From: Planctomycetota bacterium | Lineage (GTDB): Bacteria > Planctomycetota > SZUA-567 > H5-PLA8 | Reading direction: 5' to 3' | Assembly: GCA_045863855.1 (NCBI GenBank) | Contig: BTVV01000073.1 | Location: 1-30,413 of the forward strand | DNA length: 30,413 nucleotides | In this document: positions 18,809 through 27,896 of the stretch, in pieces | Layout: each line of letters starts with the position of its first letter | Numbering within the stretch: position 1 is the stretch's first letter | Notes under the pieces: model-generated | What the model was told of the DNA's origin: nothing | Seen by the model: only the letters and a program-made list of their open reading frames with translations | Databases searched by the model: none | Position numbers and translations under genes: made by a program

Positions 18809-19636
18809 ATGAAGCTCCTTTCGGAAAAAGGCGAAACCTTCTTCGATGCGGCGTTGGAGCGCCCCGAGTTGCGCGCGTTGAACGGAGGCGTGGCGGCGGT
18901 CTGGACGCGGCCGTGGGCGCCCGGCGAAGCGCCCAACGAAGATGCCGTGGCGCTGCTGGAACTGGATGGCGGCCGCGCGTTGCTGGCCTTGGCCGATGGT
19001 TGTGGCGGGCAGCCGCAGGGCGAGAAGGCCGCGAAGCTCGCGTTGCAAACCCTGCTGCGCACCGTACGCGAATCCTGCTCGGGCGGCGCCGAACTGCGCG
19101 AAGCGATTCTGAACGGACTTGAAGAAGCCAACCTTGCGCTGCGCGGACAACTCGCCGGAAGCGCTTCCACGCTGGCGGCTGTCGAAATCCAAGGACGCGT
19201 TATTCGTCCTTATCACGTCGGCGACAGTGAAGTGCTCGTCGCCGGCGCGCGCGGCAAGCTCAAGCTTCGCACGATCTCGCATTCGCCCACCGGTTACGGG
19301 ATGGAATCGGGGCTGCTCGACGAAAGGGACGCCTTGCGCCACGAGGAGCGGCATCTGGTCTCGAATCTGATCGGCAACGAAGCGATGCGGATCGAGGTTG
19401 GCGCGGCGCTGGAACTGTCCGAGCGCGACACGGTGCTGATCGCCAGCGACGGGCTGTGGGATAACCTGCATACCGACGAGATCCTGCAGCGACTGTGTAT
19501 TTGGCCGCTGGAACGCGCGATGACCGGCTTGGCCGAAGGCTGTCTTAAGCGGATGCTTGAGCCTCGTGAAGGCAAACCGAGCAAGCCCGACGACGTGAGT
19601 CTGGTGGCGTACCGGCCACGAAAAACGGTTCGCTGA
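18809..19636 (+). CDS. PP2C/PPM-family Ser/Thr protein phosphatase
   Basis: NEDA, LADGCGG, STL, HVGDS, IASDGLWD, DDVSL. ATG 18809 behind GAGGT. Confidence 0.9.
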   Translation: MKLLSEKGETFFDAALERPELRALNGGVAAVWTRPWAPGEAPNEDAVALLELDGGRALLALADGCGGQPQGEKAAKLALQTLLRTVRESCSGGAELREAILNGLEEANLALRGQLAGSASTLAAVEIQGRVIRPYHVGDSEVLVAGARGKLKLRTISHSPTGYGMESGLLDERDALRHEERHLVSNLIGNEAMRIEVGAALELSERDTVLIASDGLWDNLHTDEILQRLCIWPLERAMTGLAEGCLKRMLEPREGKPSKPDDVSLVAYRPRKTVR

Positions 19637-19640
19637 TTCG

Positions 19641-20486
19641 ATGCGCCAACTTGCCCGAAAGCTGATCCCCGCCGCTTACCGCGCATGGCTGCGTGGCATG
19701 TATTGGAACCTGCGGGATTGCTGTGAACGTAACCTGGGACTCCGCGACTATTTGATGCCGCCGCAAGCGCTAATCGACCGCATTACTCAAGGAGATTTCA
19801 GGACGGTCGGGCGTGAGTTTGCAAAGCACTTCGTTGAACTGGGCGGTCTTCAACCACACCACAAAGTCTTGGATGTCGGCAGCGGCTTGGGGCGCATGGC
19901 GGCACCGCTTACTTCCTACCTCAATTCCCCAGGGGAGTACTGGGGTTTGGAGATCACCAAGGACTTCGTCGATTGGTGCAAGAGCAATATAACACCTAGG
20001 CATTCGAACTTTCATTTCATACACATCGATATTTATAACGCTTCGTACAATCCAAAGGGCAAGGAGAAGGCCTCCGCGCTTCGCTTTCCTTTTGAGAACA
20101 ATACGTTTGATTTTATAATTCTATCCTCCGTTTTTACTCACTTGCTCGCACCGGAAGTAAAGAATTATCTAGCGCAAATCAGCAGAGTATTGAAACCCGG
20201 TGGGACTGCATTCATTACCTACTTTATCCTAAACGAAGAGTCCGAGCGCTTGCAGTCGGGCGCGTCTTCCATGTTTAATTTTAAGTATCCTACTGAGGGC
20301 GGAATGTACGCTATCCAATCTATGCCTGAAGCGGCTATTGCCTTCAGCGAATCCAATGTGCGCTCATGGGCCTTGCAAGCGGGGCTCGAATTGATCGAGC
20401 CGATTCATTTCGGTAATTGGTGCGGGCGGGATAAGTTCGTATCGGCCCAGGACATCGTCATCTTTCGTAAAGTTCAGAATGCCTGA
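19641..20486 (+). CDS. Class I SAM-dependent methyltransferase (low GC)
   Basis: VLDVGSGLGRMA, FPFENNTFDFI..SSVFTH, RVLKPGG. Confidence 0.9.
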   Translation: MRQLARKLIPAAYRAWLRGMYWNLRDCCERNLGLRDYLMPPQALIDRITQGDFRTVGREFAKHFVELGGLQPHHKVLDVGSGLGRMAAPLTSYLNSPGEYWGLEITKDFVDWCKSNITPRHSNFHFIHIDIYNASYNPKGKEKASALRFPFENNTFDFIILSSVFTHLLAPEVKNYLAQISRVLKPGGTAFITYFILNEESERLQSGASSMFNFKYPTEGGMYAIQSMPEAAIAFSESNVRSWALQAGLELIEPIHFGNWCGRDKFVSAQDIVIFRKVQNA

Positions 20487-20534
20487 CAAGTCCCCTGCGC
20501 TTGCATCCCTTCCCGAGCGCGGTAATTCTCCACT

Positions 20535-21485
20535 ATGACTGCATGCGTTCTGGCGTTCGATTTCGGCGGCACGCGGGCGCGCTGCGCGCTTGTGGCGCGC
20601 GACGGTTCGAGGCTGGCGCTGGATGTTCGCAACCGTCCCGCCGAAGCCGACGGCCGGGGCTGGCTCGATCGGATGATCCAGGCCGCGCGCGAACTGCGGG
20701 CGGCACACCCGGCTCACGCACCGCTCGCCATTGGCGTAAGCTTCGGCGGCCCTGTGGGTTTGGATGGGCGCATTCATTCGATGCATGTGGCCGGGTGGGA
20801 GCATGTGGATTTGCCCGGCATGCTTAGTGCGGCATTCTCTTTGCCATGTGCTGTGGACAACGACGCGAACCTCGGCGCGTACGGCGAGTACCGTTATGCT
20901 CCTGGCGTGCGTGGGCGAGATCTGGCCTACTTTACGGTGAGTACTGGAGTGGGCGGCGGCTTCGTTTGGAAAGGCAAGCCGTTCCGAGGCGCCCACGGAT
21001 TGGCTGCGGAATTTGGGCATATCCCGGTCTGTCCTGACGATCCGAGTGCACCGGTTTGCGCCTGCGGTAAACGCGGCTGCGTCGAGAGTCTGGCCAGCGG
21101 CCGCGCCATCGAGTTGGCCGGCCGCGAAGCGCTGGGGGCAGCGGGGCGTGAAGCCGTGGAAGGATTTAACGCAGGCGATGTTTTCGCTGCCGCTGGGCGC
21201 GGAGAGGCGTGGGCGCTGCCCGTGCGCGACCGCGCCGTCGGTGCGCTCGCTTGGGGAGTAGCGTCGATCCTATGTGTGCTCGATTTGCCGCTGGTGGTGC
21301 TCGGCGGCGGGGTCACGCAAGCCGGTGAGGCGCTTTTCGAGCCATTGCGTGAGCGAGTCGAGGGGTATTTACCCGTGGTCTTGCGCGGGCGAGCCGAAGT
21401 GCGTCCCGCCGCGCTGGGCCAGTTCTCGCCGCTTCTGGGCGCGGCGGCGCTTGCATGGGACCGCCTCGACGCGGAACATACGTAA
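20535..21485 (+). CDS. ROK-family sugar kinase
   Basis: AFDFGGT, DNDAN, TVSTGVGGG, AEFGH, CACGKRGCVE zinc motif, VLGGGV; no N-terminal HTH. Confidence 0.92.
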   Translation: MTACVLAFDFGGTRARCALVARDGSRLALDVRNRPAEADGRGWLDRMIQAARELRAAHPAHAPLAIGVSFGGPVGLDGRIHSMHVAGWEHVDLPGMLSAAFSLPCAVDNDANLGAYGEYRYAPGVRGRDLAYFTVSTGVGGGFVWKGKPFRGAHGLAAEFGHIPVCPDDPSAPVCACGKRGCVESLASGRAIELAGREALGAAGREAVEGFNAGDVFAAAGRGEAWALPVRDRAVGALAWGVASILCVLDLPLVVLGGGVTQAGEALFEPLRERVEGYLPVVLRGRAEVRPAALGQFSPLLGAAALAWDRLDAEHT

Positions 21486-21522
21486 GGGTGGATGTTCGAA
21501 TCCTTTGCTACAGGAGCCTGAC

Positions 21523-22125
21523 ATGCCGGAACTGAAGACGACGGCGCATAATCCGGTCACCGCGGGGTACGCGGCGAATTACCTCAAACGCTTGATCGAG
21601 GTGTTGGGCCGGATGGATCCGAAGGAGATCGAGGCCGCGGGCGGCGCGCTGCATCGCGCACGCGCAGAGGGGCGTCAGGTCTTCGTCTTCGGCAACGGAG
21701 GCAGCGCGGCGCTTGCATCGCACGTCGCGGTCGATCTGGGCAAAGGCTGCAGCCGCGGCCGCGAGAAGCGCTTTCGGGTGCTGTCGCTGACCGATAACGT
21801 TCCGTGGATTACGGCACTGGCCAACGACGACAGCTACGACAAGGTTTTCAGCGAACAGCTCGATAATTACGCGCAGAAGCGCGACGTGGCGATCGCCATC
21901 TCGGCGAGCGGGAATTCCAAGAATGTGATTAAAGCGCTGGAACTGGCCAACGAGCGCGGTCTGGAAACCATCGGCATCTCCGGCTTCGCGGGCGGAAAGC
22001 TTAAACCTCTGGTCCAGCACCACATTCACTGTCCGGCCGACCATATGGGCTACATCGAGGACGCGCAGCTGATCGTCTGCCATATTCTCATGTACGGCTT
22101 CATGGAAGTGGAAGGGTGCGGCTAG
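21523..22125 (+). CDS. SIS-domain sugar-phosphate isomerase, GmhA-like
   Basis: FGNGGSAA.ASH...DL, ITALAND..Y..VF..QL, ISASGNSKNV. ATG 21523 behind AGGAG. Confidence 0.88.
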   Translation: MPELKTTAHNPVTAGYAANYLKRLIEVLGRMDPKEIEAAGGALHRARAEGRQVFVFGNGGSAALASHVAVDLGKGCSRGREKRFRVLSLTDNVPWITALANDDSYDKVFSEQLDNYAQKRDVAIAISASGNSKNVIKALELANERGLETIGISGFAGGKLKPLVQHHIHCPADHMGYIEDAQLIVCHILMYGFMEVEGCG

Positions 22126-22144
22126 TCGGCCGTCCCGGTTCACC

Positions 22145-23182
22145 ATGCCTGAGCCACTCATTCGCGTCGCGAACCTGGTCAAGGAATTCAAGACCTACGA
22201 CCGCCGCAGCGGCATTCTCGGGGCGATGACCGATCTGGTGCATCGCGAGTACAAGTCGGTCCGCGCGGTTGACGACGTCAGCTTTTCGATCGAGCGCGGC
22301 GAGATGGTCGGTTACATCGGCGCCAACGGCGCGGGCAAGTCGACCACGATCAAGGTGCTGTGCGGCATCCTTTTTCCGACAAGCGGCGAAGTGATCGTGG
22401 ATGGGCGCGTGCCGTGGCAAGACCGCGAGGCTCACGTTCAGCGGATCGGCGCGGTATTCGGGCAGCGCAGCCAGTTGTGGTGGGATCTCGCCGCGGGCGA
22501 GTCGCTGCGCCTGCTCGCGCAGATTTACGAAGTCACGCCCGCGCAATTCGAGCAACGTATGGCGGAGTTCAACCGCATTCTGGAGCTGGACGAATTTCTC
22601 AAGACACCGGTGCGCAAGTTATCGTTGGGCCAAAAAATGCGCTGCGAGCTGGCTGCCGCGCTGCTGCACGAACCGCCCGTGCTGTTCTTGGACGAACCGA
22701 CCATCGGGTTGGATGTCGTCGCCAAGCAGTCGATTCGCGAATTTCTGCGCCGCATCAATCGCGAACGCCAAGTCACGATGATTCTCACCACGCATGACCT
22801 GCGCGAAATCGAAGAACTCTGCGAACGGGTTCTGATCATCGACCGGGGGAAGCTCGTCTTCGATGGTTCGCTGGAGGCCCTGCGCTCGCAGGCCGCGGAC
22901 ACGGTGGAATTGCGATTTCGCTTGGCGCACGCCCTCGATGCGGCTTGGCAACCGGACGGGCTGCCGCGTGAAGGGGTGGCCTGGAAGCCGGACGGCTTCG
23001 AGATCTCCGCCAGCCTTTCGAAGGTCGCTCCTCCACGCACCGAAGTGATCCGCGCAGTCCTGGATCGCTTTGGGAAGGATGTGCTCGATATCGCTATTGC
23101 CGAACCGGAAATCGAGGCGGTAGTGCAGCGGATATACGAAGTTTCGAAAGAACAGGCGGCAAAAGCCAAACAGCCTGCTTAA
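22145..23182 (+). CDS. ABC transporter ATP-binding protein (ABC-2 exporter type)
   Basis: Walker A GANGAGKST, FGQRSQLWWDL, signature LSLGQKMR, Walker B LFLDEPT, H-loop LTTHD. Confidence 0.93.
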   Translation: MPEPLIRVANLVKEFKTYDRRSGILGAMTDLVHREYKSVRAVDDVSFSIERGEMVGYIGANGAGKSTTIKVLCGILFPTSGEVIVDGRVPWQDREAHVQRIGAVFGQRSQLWWDLAAGESLRLLAQIYEVTPAQFEQRMAEFNRILELDEFLKTPVRKLSLGQKMRCELAAALLHEPPVLFLDEPTIGLDVVAKQSIREFLRRINRERQVTMILTTHDLREIEELCERVLIIDRGKLVFDGSLEALRSQAADTVELRFRLAHALDAAWQPDGLPREGVAWKPDGFEISASLSKVAPPRTEVIRAVLDRFGKDVLDIAIAEPEIEAVVQRIYEVSKEQAAKAKQPA

Positions 23183-23275
23183 AGGATTAACAGCCCTCAC
23201 CGGGCGCGCCGGTATTGAGCATTCAAGCTCGTGCTACGATCCGAGTCGCAGCCGCCATCGCGAACGCGCATTGAG

Positions 23276-24658
23276 ATGGAGAACGGTATGGCCGAGCCGA
23301 ACGAATCCCTCGAGCGCCCTTCTCTCTGGCATTCGTGGTATATGCGCGGCGCGATGGCTGCGCTGCTGGTCTTTTCGCTGCTGGGCTGGTATGTGGCGCG
23401 CGATCGGCTGCCGGCCGAAATTATTATTGCCACCGCCGCCGAGGGCGGGCAGTACCACCGGCTTGCGTCGGTTCTGAAGCCGCACTTGGAGCGGATTACC
23501 GGCCGGAGCGTTACGCTGCTTACCACCGCTGGCTCGCAGGAAAACCGCGAATTACTCACCCAAGGCCGCGCGCATCTGGCGATTCTGCAAGGCGGATCGG
23601 TACCGATGGACGATTTGGCCACACTCGCCCCGCTGTACTTCGAGCCGGTGCATGCGGTGGTCCGCAAGGAAAGGGGTTTCAAAAGCCTCCGTGATCTCGA
23701 AGGCAAAAAGGTGGCCTTGGGGCCGGAAGGTTCGGGTATGCGCAGAAGCGCGCAGGAACTGCTCGAGCACTATCGCATCGACGTATCCAAGCTGTGCGAA
23801 ACCAACTGCTACTTCGGAGATTTGGAGAAGCGCGCGGATCTGGATGCGGCGGTCGTCACCACCGGCTTGGAAAACCGGGATCTCCAGGCGCTGCTGGCCA
23901 CCGGCCGCTACGAATTGCTGCCCATTCTGGATGCGGAAGCGCTGGCGATCCGGCGTCCCTATTTTGCACCGATCACAATTCCGCGCGGACTTTTCTCGGA
24001 AGGGCCGCCGGTGCCCGACGCCAATGTGCCCACGGTGGGAACCACCGCGTTGCTGGCTTCGCGGTCGGGGGAGAGCAAGCTGCTGGTCGAAGCGGCGCTG
24101 GAAGCATTATACGAGAACCATCTGCAACTGGACCTCCCGACCCTAATACCCGAACGCGCGGCCATGGAATGGCGGCTCTTTCCCCTGCACCCGGCGGCGC
24201 GTGCATACCACGATCCGTACGAAGGCCTCGGACTGCTAGCGAATCTGATGGAATCGATCGCGGCGATCAAGGAATTGCTGTTCGCGTTGGGCGCCGGCCT
24301 CTACCTGATCTGGGACCGCCGCCAGCGCTTCAAGGAACGCGAGCGGCAAGCCGACGTAAGCCGCCAGAAGGAGCATCTCGATTCGTTCTTGAATCGCACG
24401 GTCGTGATCGAACGGGAGCACATGGCGTGCTCCGATCCGCGGCGGCTTCAGGAGTACCTCGATGAGGTAACTCGGATCAAGCTTCAGGCGCTTGAAGAGT
24501 TAACTCACGAAGATTTGCGCGGAGACCGGCTCTTTTCGATCTTCCTGATGCAGTGCGCGAATCTGATCCACAAGATTCAGTATAAGATTTTATTGCAACA
24601 GGGACGCAAGCCGGGTGAACCGGGTCACGATGCCGCCCAGCACGGGCCTTCCGAATAG
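23276..24658 (+). CDS. TAXI-family solute-binding protein with two membrane segments and a C-terminal extension
   Basis: IATAAEGGQY, TAGSQEN, LAILQ, LYFEPVH.VVR, LEGKKVALGPEGSG, FPLHPAARAY; TM segments on both sides. Start is 23276 or 23288. Confidence 0.82.
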   Translation: MENGMAEPNESLERPSLWHSWYMRGAMAALLVFSLLGWYVARDRLPAEIIIATAAEGGQYHRLASVLKPHLERITGRSVTLLTTAGSQENRELLTQGRAHLAILQGGSVPMDDLATLAPLYFEPVHAVVRKERGFKSLRDLEGKKVALGPEGSGMRRSAQELLEHYRIDVSKLCETNCYFGDLEKRADLDAAVVTTGLENRDLQALLATGRYELLPILDAEALAIRRPYFAPITIPRGLFSEGPPVPDANVPTVGTTALLASRSGESKLLVEAALEALYENHLQLDLPTLIPERAAMEWRLFPLHPAARAYHDPYEGLGLLANLMESIAAIKELLFALGAGLYLIWDRRQRFKERERQADVSRQKEHLDSFLNRTVVIEREHMACSDPRRLQEYLDEVTRIKLQALEELTHEDLRGDRLFSIFLMQCANLIHKIQYKILLQQGRKPGEPGHDAAQHGPSE

Positions 24659-24664
24659 GCTCTA

Positions 24665-25411
24665 TTAAACGCGCGCTTGTACGAACCAATCCCACATCGG
24701 AGGCCTACCGGGAAAGGCTTCGTGTCCGCCTACCGCATCCCAGGGGTAGCAGACCTTGGCCAGCCGCGGAGCACGGAAGCCGGCCTCTTTCAGACGCCGG
24801 TGCAGTTCGAAGCTGTAGTAGAGCTTTTGCGAGGCGTCCACTTCATCGAAGATACCCGCTAGAAAGCTGTACTTGTGCTCTTCGAAGATGCGGTGCGTGT
24901 TGCGCACGGCCTGCCGCTCGCTTATGCCGCTCTGCAACTCCCGTTCGAGAATCAACTGGCCTTGGTGCAGCACCGATTCCATTGCGGGAAAGACGCCCAG
25001 AAAGCGCCCGCCCGTCCGCAGCGTGCGGCGCACCTCCACCAGCATCGCGTTTACTTCGCGGCACGACGGCGCGAGAATCGAGTTCACGGCGACGGCGACA
25101 TCCACTTTTGAGTATAGAGGTTTCAAATCGACCAGACTCAGGCGCAGGCGTTTGATATTCGAGAAACGATGGCGGCGGCTTTCGCGCAGCATGGCGGGCG
25201 AGAAATCCACGGCGTGGACACACTTGAAGCGCGGCGCGAGAAAGGGGAGCAGGTTGCCGATCCCGCAACCCAGATCGGCGACGGTTTTGCCGCCTCCGCG
25301 CGCCAGGCGGTCCAGCTTGGCGTATAGCGGATTGGCCACGCCCTTTTGAAAAGGGCTGATGACTTCCTCGAAATAATCGACAGCCACCGCATCCCAGGCT
25401 TTAACGTCCAT
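24665..25411 (-). CDS. Class I SAM-dependent methyltransferase
   Basis: VADLGCGIG, AVDFSPAML, LRTGGRF. Start placed at ATG 25411; a minus-strand TATAAT lies at 25462-25467. Confidence 0.85.
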   Translation of the reverse strand: MDVKAWDAVAVDYFEEVISPFQKGVANPLYAKLDRLARGGGKTVADLGCGIGNLLPFLAPRFKCVHAVDFSPAMLRESRRHRFSNIKRLRLSLVDLKPLYSKVDVAVAVNSILAPSCREVNAMLVEVRRTLRTGGRFLGVFPAMESVLHQGQLILERELQSGISERQAVRNTHRIFEEHKYSFLAGIFDEVDASQKLYYSFELHRRLKEAGFRAPRLAKVCYPWDAVGGHEAFPGRPPMWDWFVQARV

Positions 25412-25499
25412 GGCATCCGTCCGGCGCCGCCGGCTCCCGGATAGTCCCCCGCCACACATGCATTATAGAATGTTTTCGCGCGCGCTTTTCATAATCTTT

Positions 25500-27770
25500 T
25501 TAAACCAAGCCCCACTTCTTGCGCAGCAACCATTCCGCGGCCAGTAGCGCAACGAACAGTACGAAGACGCTCCAGTGATTCCAAAGTTCTGTAGCTTCTT
25601 TGACGGTCTTCGAAAATCCTTCTGGCGCATCGAGCAGCTTTTTGAAGGCGTCGCCGCCGTGTTCGGCCTCGAAATAGGCGCCGCCGGATATCTCCGCGAC
25701 ACGTTGCAGGAGACGCAAATTAGCCTCGGGCGTATCGTGTTCGACGTCGTGCACATCGACCTGAAAGGTCAATTCGTCTTCTCCCAGTTTGCGGTCGTCG
25801 AGCGAATGGACTTCGACCTTGAACGTGTACGCGCCGGGTTGGGGCGGACTGCTGCGCGTCTTGAACGAACCAGTACCCCGTCCCATTTCCCAGCGCCGCT
25901 TCAATTCTCCACCAGAGGAAAGCGTGGCGATTATTCGAGCTCGATCCAAGTCGCCTTTTGCCGCCGCCGTTTCTTGAACGTGCGCGGACAACTCTGCCTC
26001 TTCGCCGAGCAAGAGATGCAACCGGTCCGTTTCGACAAAGACCACCTTGTCGGAATCGCGATACTCGCTGCGCGTCAGCCAGGTCACGAGGCTGCGCCAG
26101 AAGCGCTTATGCGGATCGTCCAGGCCGGCCTTGAGCACCCATTGCCAGGTGGCGTCGCCGGTAAAGACCGCGCTGCGGCCTTGACCGTATTCCTGAACCA
26201 CCAGCAGAGCCTTGGCATCGGCGCGTGCCAGGACCTTCGCTGCCGGCTTGATCCCGCTCACCGCGTTGACTCCCGGCATGGTCGGGAGCTTGGTCCAGAT
26301 CCGGGCGGACTCTTCCGCGTCGTCGGCCAACCGCGTGGCCGGATGCTCGCGCCCATCGGGAGAAAGCGTGAGCGCCAGTTCGCCTTCCTGGCTCCCGTCG
26401 TTCCAAGCCATCTCCACGGGCAACGCGTTGGAAAGCGCGGTGCGATGCCAACCGCCAAGGCCGAAGTTTTGAATGCCGCCGATCATCAGGACCGCGCCGC
26501 CGTCCTCGACGAACTTCTCCAAGCGCTTCAGTCCGTCGGGGCGAAAACGCTGTGCGGGCAGGTCGCCCAGAATCACCAGCCGCAGTTCGCGCCAGTCTTC
26601 TTCCTTGGTTGGGAGGAGCGCGTCCGGGCCGCTGCCACGCAGCGTAAAGGCGTTGTGAGCGTACAGCGCTACGTTTGGCGCGGTTTCCAGTGCCGATCGT
26701 ATCGCTCCGAATTCTTTGCGGATCGCCCCTTCGACGTACCAAACGCCCAAGCGAGCTCGAAATACGCGGAAGTACGCCACGCGCCGGTTGTTGTTGGGGT
26801 TGGTTTCGCCCTGCAGGACCGGGACGAACGCGATCGCCCGGTGCATGCCCAATTCGGTGGGCCGGTGCGAAACCTCTACTCGTTCAACGTGCCGCCCCGC
26901 CGGCAGCTTTAATATTCGCGTTTCGATCGTTTCGTCGTCGATCTGAATCGTCAGCGGGACTTCGCGCGCCTCGGGCAGATGCGATTCGACCTCGGCGCGT
27001 ATGAGCATCTGCGAACGGACGAAGGCGCGTTCGGGAACTTCCAGCAGCTTGATCTGGAGTTCTAGGTAATCGGCGGGCGGCGTTTCGGCGCCCAGGCCGA
27101 TGGCAAAGACCGGAATGCGGTTGGTGGGCGATTGAAGCGCGCGCGCGGCAGGCACCGGATCGCGGGGGACATTGTGACGACCATCGCTGAGCAGCAGCAC
27201 GCCCGCGCACGGGGTTCCGCCCGCTTCGGCGCTTAGGCGTTCGAGGAGCGCCGCCAGATCGGTGGCTTGCCCGGCGGGACGCGCTGCGCCGGCTGCAGCT
27301 TCCTCGCCCGGCAGGCGCGCCGTCTCGCGCGGTGCGGCGTCGAAAAGCAGGCGCCGAACTTCGAAGCGCTGCGACAACTCCGCCAGCTCGGCCTGCCGCT
27401 CGGCGAATAGCTTGCCCGCGTATTCCCAGCGCGTCTTGCCGCCTGGCGCATCGCGCAAGTTCATGCTGCTGGACGCATCCACCGCGATGTAGCACAAACC
27501 CCGCTCACGCAGGGTCGTGGCTTGGACCAGCACCGGGCGCGAAAGGCACAGCACCACCGTCAGGGCCGCTGCCGCGCGCAGGCTCCACAGCATCAGCCGC
27601 CGGGGCGCTATCAGAGGCCGCGTGCTGCGCGTGTAACTCTTCAGCGCCGCGTAGCACGCGAGGACAGTAAGTACGGCAAGCAGATACCAAGGCACGAAAG
27701 GCTCGAAACCGAATTCCGGCGGGCCTTTCGGCTCGATGGCGACCGCGGCTTCGGGTGCGGCTCTATCCAT
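25500..27770 (-). CDS. Membrane-anchored vWA plus glutamine-amidotransferase-like domain protein
   Basis: N-terminal TM pair, MIDAS motif (DASSS, ATDL, LSDG), Ig-like segment ending GETNPNNN, FVEDGGAVLMIGG, YGQGRS...TWQW, C-terminal TM with AAEWLLRKKWGL. Confidence 0.82.
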   Translation of the reverse strand: MDRAAPEAAVAIEPKGPPEFGFEPFVPWYLLAVLTVLACYAALKSYTRSTRPLIAPRRLMLWSLRAAAALTVVLCLSRPVLVQATTLRERGLCYIAVDASSSMNLRDAPGGKTRWEYAGKLFAERQAELAELSQRFEVRRLLFDAAPRETARLPGEEAAAGAARPAGQATDLAALLERLSAEAGGTPCAGVLLLSDGRHNVPRDPVPAARALQSPTNRIPVFAIGLGAETPPADYLELQIKLLEVPERAFVRSQMLIRAEVESHLPEAREVPLTIQIDDETIETRILKLPAGRHVERVEVSHRPTELGMHRAIAFVPVLQGETNPNNNRRVAYFRVFRARLGVWYVEGAIRKEFGAIRSALETAPNVALYAHNAFTLRGSGPDALLPTKEEDWRELRLVILGDLPAQRFRPDGLKRLEKFVEDGGAVLMIGGIQNFGLGGWHRTALSNALPVEMAWNDGSQEGELALTLSPDGREHPATRLADDAEESARIWTKLPTMPGVNAVSGIKPAAKVLARADAKALLVVQEYGQGRSAVFTGDATWQWVLKAGLDDPHKRFWRSLVTWLTRSEYRDSDKVVFVETDRLHLLLGEEAELSAHVQETAAAKGDLDRARIIATLSSGGELKRRWEMGRGTGSFKTRSSPPQPGAYTFKVEVHSLDDRKLGEDELTFQVDVHDVEHDTPEANLRLLQRVAEISGGAYFEAEHGGDAFKKLLDAPEGFSKTVKEATELWNHWSVFVLFVALLAAEWLLRKKWGLV

Positions 27771-27896
27771 GGCTGGCCTCGCGCCTCCGGAAGGTCCGGA
27801 GCGCCACTACTATAAGAGGGAAGCTCGCGCGCGCACGGCCCCCAGCAAAGTATCTAGGACGGTCCTGGAGGCGGCTGCGGGACTGGAAATGCGCCG

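Noticed and set aside
23215..23226. TTGAGCATTCAA as an FNR/CRP-like box
   Set aside because: Spacing and half-sites do not match TTGAT-N4-ATCAA.
17320..27770. TerY-P-type defence triad (vWA + PP2C + kinase)
   Set aside because: The only vWA gene is about 6 kb away, on the opposite strand, and is a large membrane-anchored type rather than a small soluble TerY.
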